From the NCBI GenBank assembly GCA_039818205.1, contig JBCBUK010000007.1:1-64000 (forward strand): 64,000 nt of DNA, in the 5' to 3' direction. The position numbers were made by a program, and so were the translations under genes. Below are positions 32,590-42,541 of the stretch, in pieces. Numbering within the stretch: position 1 is the first letter of the stretch; each line of letters begins with the position of its first letter. The stretch is from Verrucomicrobiota bacterium (GTDB lineage Bacteria > Verrucomicrobiota > Verrucomicrobiia > Opitutales > Cerasicoccaceae). The notes beneath the pieces were generated by a model that saw only the letters and a list, made by a program, of their open reading frames with translations, was not told where the DNA came from and made no database searches.

Positions 32590-32607
32590 TTTGTCACATG
32601 AGACAAA
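32590..32607. promoter_or_regulatory. Candidate transcription-factor operator (18-bp near-palindrome)
   Basis: TTTGTCACATGAGACAAA has dyad symmetry with one mismatched pair, in the divergent intergenic region between the giant operon and the sulfatase. Confidence 0.35.
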
Positions 32608-33084
32608 GACCAATAAGGATCATCAAAAATGCACAGTTTATTGATACAGAATTATCACATGCAGAATTAGAAATAAGCATCTGTTGCCAAGAGTTGGAGG
32701 AGATCTAGCGCCGCACTATTGCAACCAACTGACGGGCCATGGATTGGGCCTGCTGGGCATGGTCACCGTTTCCGCGAAAATCTAGGAATCAGATTGAATT
32801 CCTACCTGCGCAGTTCCAAACTTGTATCAGTTAACATATGATTCCAGCTATCAGACACCGGAGCCTCCTATCGAAATCCACGCCTTAGAAGAATCGACAG
32901 TTCCAATGCCTGAAAGACAGACTGAGAGCGCAGGGTCCCGAAACCGTCCCATTCTGTAGATACTTGATACGCGACAAGCCTGATCAGGCAATATATCTAT
33001 CGATATAAAAAACCAAAACATACATAGCTATCAATGTGTTACTATTGGGAAGTCTTATACCGATCAGAACCCCGGGATATACCT

Positions 33085-34965
33085 ATGAAACTTATCGCAT
33101 CGTTCGCACTCGCGACCCTCCTCGCTCATGCGTCTCTCATTGGCTCGAGCAAGCCGAACATCCTTTGGATTATCACGGATGACCAACGACCAGACTCGGT
33201 CAGTGTCTATAATCGTGCGGTTTACGGCACCGACGAAAGCCCGCTTGGCTACGTCGAATCGCCCAACATCGACAAGCTCGCAGAAGAGGGCGTATTGTTT
33301 ACTAGCGCCTACTGTAACTCACCCGCTTGTGGTCCGTCGCGTGGTTCCATGCACAGCGGACGCTATCCCTTCCGGAATGGTCACTATGCCTTTGAGACAA
33401 CGCACCAGGCGGCCGACTTTGTCACGCCAACGACCCACCAAACCATGCAAACGCAGGGTTATCAGACGGCGATCATGGGGAAAACTGGGGCATACATCTA
33501 TAACTACCCCGGCTACACCTTTGACGCAGAAGGAATCTACGGCTTGCGCCTCCACTTCAAACATGACCTCCAAAAGAATGGCATCGGCGACCTCTATACT
33601 AGTGTTCAATGGGGTGCTGATTCGAAAGGAGTCCACCGCAACCTTGGCATAACCGAAAACGTCCTTTACCAAGATGGCACCAAGCGCACTTACTTCTTGA
33701 AGCGCAAGGGCGATCCACTGACCAATGCAGACCGAGCTGGGAAGGAACAAAGCAACCAGGAGTTCGAACTCCTCCGTTCCTACACGCGGGGAAACCCGGA
33801 CCTGATTCTAGGTGGAGTTAACCCAAAGCCCGCGGGTGAGACGGTTGATGCTGGCATTGTGCGGGAGTTCAAGAACTACCTGAGCCATGCCAACAAGCGC
33901 TACGAGACTTCATGGGGCAAAGCCATGACGGGGCCCAACACCAATAAGCCACTCTACATCAACCTCGGCTTTCACCTGCCGCACACTCCCGTATTGCCAC
34001 CCAAATCTTATCGCGACCGCTTCGCGCAAAAGGCCTACAAAGTGCCTGAGTTCGATGCGGCAGAGCTCGCGAAGCTTCCGCCACAACTGGCCCATCTTTA
34101 CGAAACGATGAAGATCCTCGGCACGAGCCCGGAAGACGAGTCCGCTGGCCGTGCGTACAACGCAGAAGAAGTTCAGACTGCCATCCAAGACTACTACGCG
34201 TTCTGTGCCTACGGCGATGAGCTGATTGGTGAGGCAGTTGACGCCTTCAAAACGTATTGCAAAGAGAATGACCAGGACTACTTGATCATCTATACGATTG
34301 GCGACCACGGCTGGCACCTGGGGGAACAAGGAATTGAGGCCAAGTTTGGCCCGTGGCGCGAATCCGTGAAAAACGCAGCTTTGGTTGTCTCCTCGGATAA
34401 ATCAAAGTTCCCACCCGGCACCGTTTATGACGGCTTAGTTGAGTTCGTGGATTTTGCGCCAACCATCCTGGCCGCTGGCGGCACCAATATAGAACACGAA
34501 CGCTTCGATTACCTTGATGGCTTTGACCTCGAGCAGGTCTTCCACGGCGGCGCGGTTGACCGTGATTACATTGTCGGAGAAATGAATCTCGTAATTGGAC
34601 CACGTGCCTACCTGCGGAGCAAGGACTTCGCATTCTCAATGCGCACCCGCCCGAACAATGCATTTCCAACCAAAGACAACCTCAACAAAGACATTAAGTG
34701 GGCATTGGAGTGTCCTCCGGAAAAGGCCGAGATGGCGCTCTACGACCTACGCAATGATCCCCTGGAGCGAAACAACGTTGCTGCGACCGCGGAATACGCT
34801 GAGCTCGCGGAATGGTTTCGGCAAAAGTTGGGTAATATCGTACTTGGAGACGGCCGGGTCGAATGTGACTGGATGGAGCGCAATGCCTACAGCGTCAGCA
34901 ATTTCGCCGAAGGCGCCCATGACCACAAGCTCGTCATCCCGGGCGAAATCATTCCTCAAATTTGA
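33085..34965 (+). CDS. Secreted formylglycine-dependent (S1) sulfatase
   Basis: Signal peptide MKLIASFALATLLAHA; KPNILWIITDD; CGPSR (CxPxR) signature; PHTP; DHG; ALYDLRNDPLE. Start moved from 33034 to ATG 33085. Confidence 0.92.
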   Translation: MKLIASFALATLLAHASLIGSSKPNILWIITDDQRPDSVSVYNRAVYGTDESPLGYVESPNIDKLAEEGVLFTSAYCNSPACGPSRGSMHSGRYPFRNGHYAFETTHQAADFVTPTTHQTMQTQGYQTAIMGKTGAYIYNYPGYTFDAEGIYGLRLHFKHDLQKNGIGDLYTSVQWGADSKGVHRNLGITENVLYQDGTKRTYFLKRKGDPLTNADRAGKEQSNQEFELLRSYTRGNPDLILGGVNPKPAGETVDAGIVREFKNYLSHANKRYETSWGKAMTGPNTNKPLYINLGFHLPHTPVLPPKSYRDRFAQKAYKVPEFDAAELAKLPPQLAHLYETMKILGTSPEDESAGRAYNAEEVQTAIQDYYAFCAYGDELIGEAVDAFKTYCKENDQDYLIIYTIGDHGWHLGEQGIEAKFGPWRESVKNAALVVSSDKSKFPPGTVYDGLVEFVDFAPTILAAGGTNIEHERFDYLDGFDLEQVFHGGAVDRDYIVGEMNLVIGPRAYLRSKDFAFSMRTRPNNAFPTKDNLNKDIKWALECPPEKAEMALYDLRNDPLERNNVAATAEYAELAEWFRQKLGNIVLGDGRVECDWMERNAYSVSNFAEGAHDHKLVIPGEIIPQI

Positions 34966-35028
34966 TTGAGTGGCCATCGCCTTAGCGGGCTTGGCCACAC
35001 CCTTCTGTTGCACGTTTCACACGTCAGG

Positions 35029-35061
35029 TCTGGTTCGGAAATTGTCCGAGCCGGATTTTTC
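35029..35061 (+). terminator. Rho-independent terminator after the sulfatase
   Basis: TCTGGTTCGGA-aattg-TCCGAGCCGGA stem (with G-U pairs) followed by TTTTTC. Confidence 0.65.
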
Positions 35062-35187
35062 TATTTCGACATTCCCAATGCGGCAGTCGTCAAACAATTG
35101 AATAACGTTGCGCCGAAAGGTTGGCGAGTTAAACAGCTTGGGGAAACTGGATCCGCTTTAAGCTGCTACTCCACCTCCAAACTCGAC

Positions 35188-36282
35188 ATGCAACCACCCT
35201 CCCTTGCGAGCCATCCCCCCGGCCCGCTGCCGTCGATGACAGGCCTACGTTTCTTCGCGGCCGTGGTCGTTTTTTTTGAGCATGTCCGCATGCTCCCGGG
35301 GTTGGAATCGTTTGAGATGATCGGCGGTTATGGAGGCATGGGCGTCTCAGTTTTTTTTGTTCTGAGTGGATTCATCATCGCCCACAACTACCTGGGTACC
35401 GAGAAACAACCCAGCAGTTGGAGGGGAACGGGCAATTTCTACCTGAGCCGATTTTCGAAGATCTATCCGCTCCATCTATTGTTTTTATTGATCGCCCTTC
35501 CCCTCGCCTTTCAGAGCAGTACATCCCCCCTCAACCCAAGCTACTTGCCGCAGTTCATCACGTTGGCGGACCGAATTTCACCATGGGGATTTCTCGCCAT
35601 GGGTGACCCACCGAACAAGTTAGCTTGGACGCTAAGCTGCGAGATTTTTTTCTACCTATTGACCCCTTTGCTGTTCGCAGTGATCGCCAAGCTCGGTAAA
35701 CGCCAATTCGCGATACTCTCTGCATTCATCCTGGCCTTCGGCTTGCTCCAAGTCTTCATCTACCACACGGATTTTTTAAAAATTTCACCAAGCGCACTCT
35801 ACGCGACGGGGCCGTTTCGTCTGCTGGATTATCTAGTAGGCATCGCGCTGCTCATTGTGTTGAGAGGCAAGAAGTCACCAGGAAACGCGGCGTTCTTATC
35901 CGGCATAGTTTATTTGGTCATGGTCCGACTGTTCGAACAACACCTCGAATCCTATTTGCCAAGGCACCTCACCTATCTACCAGGGGCTGCCCTTCTCATA
36001 TTCGGCTGCCCCAACACCACCGGCTGGCTCCGCAAGCTCCTAACCAATCGCATATCGATCCTACTCGGCAACGCCAGTTTCGCGCTATACATTTCACACG
36101 AAATTATCTTGCGATACGCGCGTTACGGATTCAGCCAGCTCGACATCCGCTTTGATCCGATCACGGGAGTCATCGTGATCTTAATTGCGTTCGCCGGACT
36201 CCAATTCCTTTCGATCGGGCTATTCCGCTATTACGAACTACCGGTTCAAAAATGGCTGCGATCCAAACTCAGATTACGTTAG
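35188..36282 (+). CDS. Acyltransferase family 3 (OafA/YrhL-like) membrane O-acyltransferase
   Basis: LPSMTGLRFFAA..V..H, GVSVFFVLSGFII, FYLSRFSKIYP, WTLSCEIFFY, LGNASFALYISH, YYELP; multiple TM helices. The ORF-track extension from 34966 crosses the terminator and is rejected. Confidence 0.9.
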   Translation: MQPPSLASHPPGPLPSMTGLRFFAAVVVFFEHVRMLPGLESFEMIGGYGGMGVSVFFVLSGFIIAHNYLGTEKQPSSWRGTGNFYLSRFSKIYPLHLLFLLIALPLAFQSSTSPLNPSYLPQFITLADRISPWGFLAMGDPPNKLAWTLSCEIFFYLLTPLLFAVIAKLGKRQFAILSAFILAFGLLQVFIYHTDFLKISPSALYATGPFRLLDYLVGIALLIVLRGKKSPGNAAFLSGIVYLVMVRLFEQHLESYLPRHLTYLPGAALLIFGCPNTTGWLRKLLTNRISILLGNASFALYISHEIILRYARYGFSQLDIRFDPITGVIVILIAFAGLQFLSIGLFRYYELPVQKWLRSKLRLR

Positions 36283-36310
36283 AATGGCTAACGATAATTT
36301 TCAATCCTAG

Positions 36311-36344
36311 AGAGGCGCAGCGGAATTACCACTGCGCCTCTTTT
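36311..36344. terminator. Terminator hairpin between the convergent acyltransferase and ParA genes
   Basis: AGAGGCGCAG-cggaattacca-CTGCGCCTCT followed by TTT. Confidence 0.7.
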
Positions 36345-36386
36345 AGGGGGTAGAATGAGGGCAATGAACCCTACTGACTAAAATCT

Positions 36387-37136
36387 CTAAGACTCTTTGA
36401 GCAACATATCGGTATCCGACCACAGCTCCCGAAAGGCCTTCGACGCTGCTGAACGTTGATCAAACGCCAACAACGGTTCGCGGTGCAAACCCATCTTCTC
36501 AACGGACGCAGCCATGGGGATTTCGGGCAGAAGAAAACGCCGATCTTTGGACCGGACCTGCTCAATGGTATCCTGGTGCATTTTCTTGCGGCGCTCGACC
36601 ATGGAGAAGAAGGCGCGGAGTTTCTGGGTCTTGAGCCCCTCGTCCTTAAAGAAATCAATAATCTGCCCATAGGTGAGCATCGACAACGTGGTCGGAATAA
36701 CCGGAACGAGGATAACGTCTGCCGCCCGAAAAATGTTCTCACTGAGCAAGGTTACATTCGGTGGTGAATCGATGACAACGAGGTCATAATCACCCACAAG
36801 GCTCTTGAGTGAATCCCGCAAACGTTTCTTCGAACGCTTCGAATGATCGAGCTCAATATCCAAGTTGCGATAAGCCATTGCAGACGGGAGCAGGTCGAGA
36901 TTCTCATAGTCCGACTCCCGGATCTCTCGGTCCAATTTCTTCCCCCCTTGCAACAATCGTTTCGGGCCGTGTTTCTTGTCGGGTCGAACACGAAAATAGT
37001 AGGAAGACGACCCTTGTGGGTCGAGGTCGCAGAGCAGCGTCCGGTTTCCGGCTTCAGCAGCCAAGTAGGCTAAATTGACCGAGGCGGCGGTCTTTCCGAC
37101 TCCTCCCTTAATGTTGTAGACTGCCAATATTTTCAT
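36387..37136 (-). CDS. ParA/Soj/MinD-family ATPase (orphan, no parB)
   Basis: Deviant Walker A KGGVGKT; DLDPQGSSS; Walker B VVIDSPP. Start overlaps the CHAD stop (ATGA). Confidence 0.92.
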   Translation of the reverse strand: MKILAVYNIKGGVGKTAASVNLAYLAAEAGNRTLLCDLDPQGSSSYYFRVRPDKKHGPKRLLQGGKKLDREIRESDYENLDLLPSAMAYRNLDIELDHSKRSKKRLRDSLKSLVGDYDLVVIDSPPNVTLLSENIFRAADVILVPVIPTTLSMLTYGQIIDFFKDEGLKTQKLRAFFSMVERRKKMHQDTIEQVRSKDRRFLLPEIPMAASVEKMGLHREPLLAFDQRSAASKAFRELWSDTDMLLKES

Positions 37137-38788
37137 GTTGCTGATTTCCGCTGCACTTTCCTCCGGGTTGCTGATTTTTTGCGGACGGCCTCCGTAGCTT
37201 TTCCATTCGCTTCGCTAACGGGCGATCCTTTTCCAGTCGCCCGAAACAGATGATTCGCTACCGATACTACACGTTCGTCGTCGAGGGACTTGAAGGCATC
37301 TCCAAACTTTATACGCTCGGCTTGGCGCTTACGCTCGAGTTCGGCCACCAAAGCTCCCAACGCCGCACATAGCTGAACAGCCTCAGGCCTTTTTAGGTCG
37401 ATGCTTGCCAAGTAGCTCGTGATTTTTTCCGTCTGCACACACGCATCGTTAAACGAGCCCAATACGTTCTGAATTTTCCGCGAGCGCTTGATCAAAAAAC
37501 CAAACTCATCGGCATCGTAAAGCGATCGAAAGAACTCCAACAGGTAACGGAATTTTTTAAACTGGATACGCAGATCGTGCACCGCCTCATCCGGCGTTTC
37601 CGGCGTGATCTTGCGACCGTCTTTGAGGATGCGCCGAAAGCGCTTTGAAAGTAATCGATTCGCCAAATCGCGGACGGGCACTTCGGCGTCCAGACAATCC
37701 GCTGACGCACTGTCAGCACCCTGCTCCAAGAATGTCTGCCAGGCTTTGAGCTCACGTGTCACTTTGGGCCCCTGGAACTCTCGGGAGAACTTGCGAAAGA
37801 CAGTACGACGTTCCGATCCAAGATCGCCAAAAAACGATTCCAATCCAATCCCCAGACCATCCGGTAACAGTTCTGCGAAATCACCCTGCTCGAGCAAATA
37901 GACATCCAAGTCTCGCAGATTGTTGGTCCGTCGCATGACATCGCCCAACTCCTTTTTGAAGAACATAACCTTATCCTCCGGATAGACGCCTTTGACCAGC
38001 TGTAGAAGCGAACGCGTCCGTCGCAGAGCAACCCGAAAATCATGCAAGAACTCCGAATCAATATCTGCAAGCATTCCCTCTGAATTGGCCTGCATCTGCT
38101 TGAGTGAGGCTTGCAAAATGTAGGTGCACGCTTCCCGCGCACTCATTGAGGGAGAGAGCTTCAACGCGATCTTTGACGTATAGTCCAAGGGCACCACCCC
38201 AGACGCCTCCAGCGCGGAAAAGACATAGTGACGCGTATCCTTGTGAATCTCCAATCCCCGCTGCCGGATCTTCTCCGATAATTCCCAAGCATCACCCTCG
38301 TATCCTTTGAGTTGGACCACACGAATAAGCCGCTGAAACGGCATCGCTTTTTGCCCTGGTACCGGGCGCGACAAGGTTTCAAGCTCTAAGCGAACGGTCG
38401 TCTTCCCGTCTTTGTTCTCGACCCGAAAAAACTCCACTTCGCGAACAAACTCGGCCCGCGGCATTGCAGCTCGAATTGAAAGCAGGCCTTCAACTTTGTC
38501 ACGCAAAGCTCCTTCAGAGAAGTCAGCGGGAAAAAGCGCCTTTTTGTTCCCAGTCAATTCTCCTTGCGCAATCAGCTCATCGCCTTCTCGGCGATGCAGC
38601 TCATAGGATTTACGATCTCGCAATAAAACGAGATTGGCCGAAAGTAAGCGCCAGTCAAAGGTGTCAAGAATCGTCCACCGGCGTCGCTGTTTTTCTCCTG
38701 CAACCACTGACATTTCCGCCTTCAGTTCCCGCATGAGTTTTCGTCCGGCATCGGACATGGGCAGGATAAAGTTTGAAGCAGTTCTCAC
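37133..38788 (-). CDS. CHAD domain protein (polyphosphate-binding) with degenerate N-terminal CYTH-like region
   Basis: LHDFRVALRRTRSLL, RDLDV, VHDLRIQFKKFRYLLEF, QNVLGSFND; N-terminal LDTFDWRL; basic C-terminal tail. GTG start overlaps the CYTH stop (GTGA). Confidence 0.9.
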   Translation of the reverse strand: MRTASNFILPMSDAGRKLMRELKAEMSVVAGEKQRRRWTILDTFDWRLLSANLVLLRDRKSYELHRREGDELIAQGELTGNKKALFPADFSEGALRDKVEGLLSIRAAMPRAEFVREVEFFRVENKDGKTTVRLELETLSRPVPGQKAMPFQRLIRVVQLKGYEGDAWELSEKIRQRGLEIHKDTRHYVFSALEASGVVPLDYTSKIALKLSPSMSAREACTYILQASLKQMQANSEGMLADIDSEFLHDFRVALRRTRSLLQLVKGVYPEDKVMFFKKELGDVMRRTNNLRDLDVYLLEQGDFAELLPDGLGIGLESFFGDLGSERRTVFRKFSREFQGPKVTRELKAWQTFLEQGADSASADCLDAEVPVRDLANRLLSKRFRRILKDGRKITPETPDEAVHDLRIQFKKFRYLLEFFRSLYDADEFGFLIKRSRKIQNVLGSFNDACVQTEKITSYLASIDLKRPEAVQLCAALGALVAELERKRQAERIKFGDAFKSLDDERVVSVANHLFRATGKGSPVSEANGKATEAVRKKSATRRKVQRKSAT

Positions 38789-39270
38789 GTTGCAGCCTTT
38801 TCTTCAATGGTCCATTGTGAAAATGGTCGTTCGGCCAGGGCAGCATTCGCATACTTTGGATCGTCCGTTACCTCGCGTTGAACCCAAGCGGGCAACTCAA
38901 CGGATTCTTCCTCATGGTCCAACTCAACTTCGGCCACAACAAGCCCTCGGTTCTCCCCGTCAAAGACATCAACCTCCCAGCAATGTTTGCCATGCTTGAT
39001 TTCATGCCGGGTTTTCTCGATAATTGGCTTCCGGCAAAGCTGGCGGAGCATCTCCTGACCCTGTTCTAGTGGGATGGGATATTCGAACTCCAGCCGACTC
39101 ATACCATTCGATGGGCCTTTGATCGTGAGAAAACATTGATCCCCACTAACGCGCACCCGAACGGTCGCACGGTTCATGTCAACGTATCCCTGTTCCAAGC
39201 GAGTACTGACCGGAGCCGCAGGCAGCTGACTCGGATGGGCAATGAACTTTCTTTCTATTTCAAGCGGCAT
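38785..39270 (-). CDS. CYTH domain protein (triphosphate tunnel metalloenzyme)
   Basis: EIERKF (ExExK), QGY, VRVR, LTIKG, RLEFEYPI, IEKTR, WEVDVF, VAEVEL, EVTDDPKYAN. Start at ATG 39270. Confidence 0.93.
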   Translation of the reverse strand: MPLEIERKFIAHPSQLPAAPVSTRLEQGYVDMNRATVRVRVSGDQCFLTIKGPSNGMSRLEFEYPIPLEQGQEMLRQLCRKPIIEKTRHEIKHGKHCWEVDVFDGENRGLVVAEVELDHEEESVELPAWVQREVTDDPKYANAALAERPFSQWTIEEKAAT

Positions 39271-39407
39271 CTCAGATTTAAATTGTAACAATAGCGAAAC
39301 GCAAACGTTTCACATCCGTAAAGAAATCATCATCCGTGCAAAAAATTCCAAGCAATTAAATGTTACAATTTTTTGGTCCGCTCATCAGAGCCTCTAAGCC
39401 ACCAATT

Positions 39408-42350
39408 TTAGCTGGGGATCCAAGCCTCACGTAGAATTTCGATTGGGTGCTTTGCGACTACCGCGCCACCGTCAAGGATCTGATGGCGGCATGAGGTGCC
39501 AGCAGCCGCGATAATATCATCATGACCGGCCGCGCGAACGGCGGGCAGCAATACCAACTCAGCGACTTTCATTGATAGTTGATAGTGTTCGTGCTCGTAG
39601 CCAAAGGAACCTGCCATCCCACAACACCCGCTGGGAATCAGCACGACCTCGTAGTTCTTTGGAAGTGAGAGCGTCTCTATCGAGGGAGTCGCACGAGCAA
39701 GTGCTTTTTGAAAGCAGTGGCCGTGAAAACGGATCGTAGCCGATCGGTGAGTGAAGGATTCTTCCGAAATATTCCCCCTTTCCGCCTCGGCGGCAAAGAA
39801 CTCTTCAAAGAGTAAACATTGAGGTGCCAATGATTCCGCAATCGCCCGTCGATCACCACGAGCAAGTTCGATCGCGTCATCGCGATAGGTCAAGACCGCC
39901 GACGGCTCAATACCGACCAAAGGCTTTTCTTCGGAAACCTTTCCAGCCAATGCGTCTAGGTTGGACTCAATAATCTCTTGAGCTCGACGCACGAAACCCT
40001 TCGACAGCCAGGTGCGCCCGCTCTCGCTGATGGGTGCCAGCTCGACGCGATAGCCTAGGCGCTCCAGGAGCTCCACGGCCTGGATTCCAATCGAAACATC
40101 CAGGTAATTGGTGAACTCGTCGTTGAATAGCCACACCTCGCCGACACTTCCGGCATTCTCGTGCGCCCGATGCCATTTGAACCAGGAACGCAATGTCTGC
40201 CCGGGCAGGCGCGGGATTGACCGATCCGGGTGAAATCCCATCAAAAAATTAAATCCCTGCCGCAAAGGTTCATTCCCGACAATCCAATTCCAGAACCAGG
40301 GCGCGACATGCGCGATGCGTTGCCCCCCCACAAAATTTGCTATTCGTTTCGCACGGGCCGGCGCTTCATGGATATCATAGTAGTGCTGGGTAAACTCCGC
40401 CTTCAGCTTCGCCATATCAACATTTGATGGGCACTCCGTTTTGCAGGCCTTACACGATAAGCAAAGATCGAGAACTTCCTGAACCTCATCATCACCAAAA
40501 GCCTTGAGGGCATTGCCATCTGACTCAGTGAGCACCTGCCGCATCAAATTTGCTCGAGCACGAGTTGTCTCCTTTTCTCGACGAGAAACCATATAACTGG
40601 GGCACATCGTTCCCCCGGCCAAATGACTTTTTCGGCAATCGCCTGATCCGTTACACCGTTCAGCAGCTCGCAGCAGTCCGTGGCTATCCGAATAATCGAA
40701 GAGCGTTTCGTATTCCGGCGTTTCATGTTCGGGCGAATACCTGAGCTGGGTATCCATTGGTGGTGAGTCAACGATCTTTCCTGGGTTGAATCGGTTGTCA
40801 GGATCAAAAGCCTGTTTGACGCGTCGCATCATTTCGTAGCACTCCTCGCCCACCATCAACGGGATGAACTCCCCGCGCAAGCGACCGTCCCCGTGCTCGC
40901 CGCTCAGCGATCCTTGGTACTTCCTAACGAGTGCGGCAATGTCCTCCGCAACACTCCGGAACTTCTTCACACCATCCTCTGTTTTTAGGTTGAACAGGGG
41001 TCGCGTATGGAGCTCTCCCGAACCCGCGTGCGCATAGTATACACAATCGATCTCGTGCTTCTCGCGCATAATGCGATCAAATTCCTCGATGTAGGCGGGC
41101 AGATCGGCAACGTCGACAGCGGTGTCTTCGACCACTTCTCGCGGTTTTGCGTCGCCCGGAACATTATTCATCAGGCCCTGCCCTGCCCGCCTAAGCTCCC
41201 ACACTTTTGACTGCTCAACCCCTCGGAGAACCGGAAAATGATACCCAAGGTCCGCCGCTTTTAAATCGGCTATCAGGCCCTCAACGTCAGTAGTCAGCGT
41301 CTCCTCTGAGTCTCGCCGAATCTCGACAACGATGATCGCGCCAGGATCCCCTTGGACAAAGAAACGATTCTGGATGTGTTCCCGATTTCGCTTCGTCGCT
41401 TCAAGAATGTGCCGGTCAATAAGTTCGACCGCTGAGGGCTGGTAGCCGAGGGAAATACCCACTGATTGGAGGGACTGACCAACGGACTCAAAATGCACAC
41501 AGAGCAGCGCGCTATGGGCGGGGGGCAAAGGCTCACAAGAAAGTTCATATTCCACGCCGAAGAACAGCGTGCCTTCAGAGCCCGCGATCAGGCGGCACAT
41601 ATTGAACGGCTCTTCAGCATCCGGGACGAACACGTCCGCATCCATCAACCTATCCAGAGCGTAGCCCGTGTTGCGACGTGGGATACTCGCCTTGGGGTAG
41701 TGATCACTGATCAATTGTCGATTGTGCGAATCCGCAAGAAGCGCCCGACAGGTGCGATAAATCTCGGACTCGAGATCATTGCCCGAGCACTTTTTCTCAA
41801 AATCCTCAGCAGTGATTGGCCCAAACTCGACCTCGGACCCATCGCTCAGAAAACCACGGCAGCGCATCAAGTGATCACGAACGCTACCGTAAACCACAGA
41901 ATTTGACCCACAAGAGTTGTTGCCAACCATGCCGCCGATCATCGCCCGATTCGCGGTCGAAGTCTCGGGACCGAACAACATGCCGTAAGGCTCGAGCAAC
42001 CGATTCAGTTCATTGCGGACGACGCCTGGCTGCACCCTCACGCGCCTCAATTGGTCGTCCACGCCCAGGACCTTTGACATCGCGCTGAAATCGACCACCA
42101 AACCGTTTCCAACAACCTGGCCAGCTAACGACGTTCCGGCTCCACGCGGGATCAGTGGGCACCGCTGGGCCATTGAGAATTGAATGATCGTCTGGACATC
42201 CTCGTCGCAGTGTGGAAACACCACGGCCTGTGGCATCTCCTGGTATTCAGAAGCGTCGGTAGCGTAGATCCGACGAATCAGACTGGTGGCATCAACCTGC
42301 CCGTGTAGGTGGTTGTCGAGTTCAGCGAAAACAGACTGAGGTAGCAACAT
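39408..42350 (-). CDS. FAD-binding and Fe-S-binding oxidoreductase (GlcD/GlcF fusion, YdiJ-like D-2-hydroxyacid dehydrogenase family)
   Basis: PRGAGTSLAGQ, GMVGNNSCG, GSEGTL, HAGSGELH, SGEHGDG, FNPGKI; CNGSGDC and CLSCKACKTECP ferredoxin motifs; CCGMAGSFG. Confidence 0.92.
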   Translation of the reverse strand: MLLPQSVFAELDNHLHGQVDATSLIRRIYATDASEYQEMPQAVVFPHCDEDVQTIIQFSMAQRCPLIPRGAGTSLAGQVVGNGLVVDFSAMSKVLGVDDQLRRVRVQPGVVRNELNRLLEPYGMLFGPETSTANRAMIGGMVGNNSCGSNSVVYGSVRDHLMRCRGFLSDGSEVEFGPITAEDFEKKCSGNDLESEIYRTCRALLADSHNRQLISDHYPKASIPRRNTGYALDRLMDADVFVPDAEEPFNMCRLIAGSEGTLFFGVEYELSCEPLPPAHSALLCVHFESVGQSLQSVGISLGYQPSAVELIDRHILEATKRNREHIQNRFFVQGDPGAIIVVEIRRDSEETLTTDVEGLIADLKAADLGYHFPVLRGVEQSKVWELRRAGQGLMNNVPGDAKPREVVEDTAVDVADLPAYIEEFDRIMREKHEIDCVYYAHAGSGELHTRPLFNLKTEDGVKKFRSVAEDIAALVRKYQGSLSGEHGDGRLRGEFIPLMVGEECYEMMRRVKQAFDPDNRFNPGKIVDSPPMDTQLRYSPEHETPEYETLFDYSDSHGLLRAAERCNGSGDCRKSHLAGGTMCPSYMVSRREKETTRARANLMRQVLTESDGNALKAFGDDEVQEVLDLCLSCKACKTECPSNVDMAKLKAEFTQHYYDIHEAPARAKRIANFVGGQRIAHVAPWFWNWIVGNEPLRQGFNFLMGFHPDRSIPRLPGQTLRSWFKWHRAHENAGSVGEVWLFNDEFTNYLDVSIGIQAVELLERLGYRVELAPISESGRTWLSKGFVRRAQEIIESNLDALAGKVSEEKPLVGIEPSAVLTYRDDAIELARGDRRAIAESLAPQCLLFEEFFAAEAERGNISEESFTHRSATIRFHGHCFQKALARATPSIETLSLPKNYEVVLIPSGCCGMAGSFGYEHEHYQLSMKVAELVLLPAVRAAGHDDIIAAAGTSCRHQILDGGAVVAKHPIEILREAWIPS

Positions 42351-42541
42351 CTCGAAAGATTAAAATCAACCCAGGTCGTCCCTGGCAAGCGGCCTTTCCA
42401 AAGGCACTCGGTAAGACTCTGTAGACTATCTTCGAATTTTGACCCTATTCCCCCAGGGAAATTAGATCAGGCGGGACTATTCACCTATAACCACGACTCA
42501 TACTGTCGATTAGTAATATAGAACAAGAAACCTCGATTCCG

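Noticed and set aside
34966..35187. N-terminal extension of the acyltransferase
   Set aside because: Crosses a terminator hairpin; family similarity begins after ATG 35188.
36387..37136. Chromosome or plasmid partition locus
   Set aside because: No parB, parS-like palindrome or rep gene nearby; the gene is coupled to CHAD instead.
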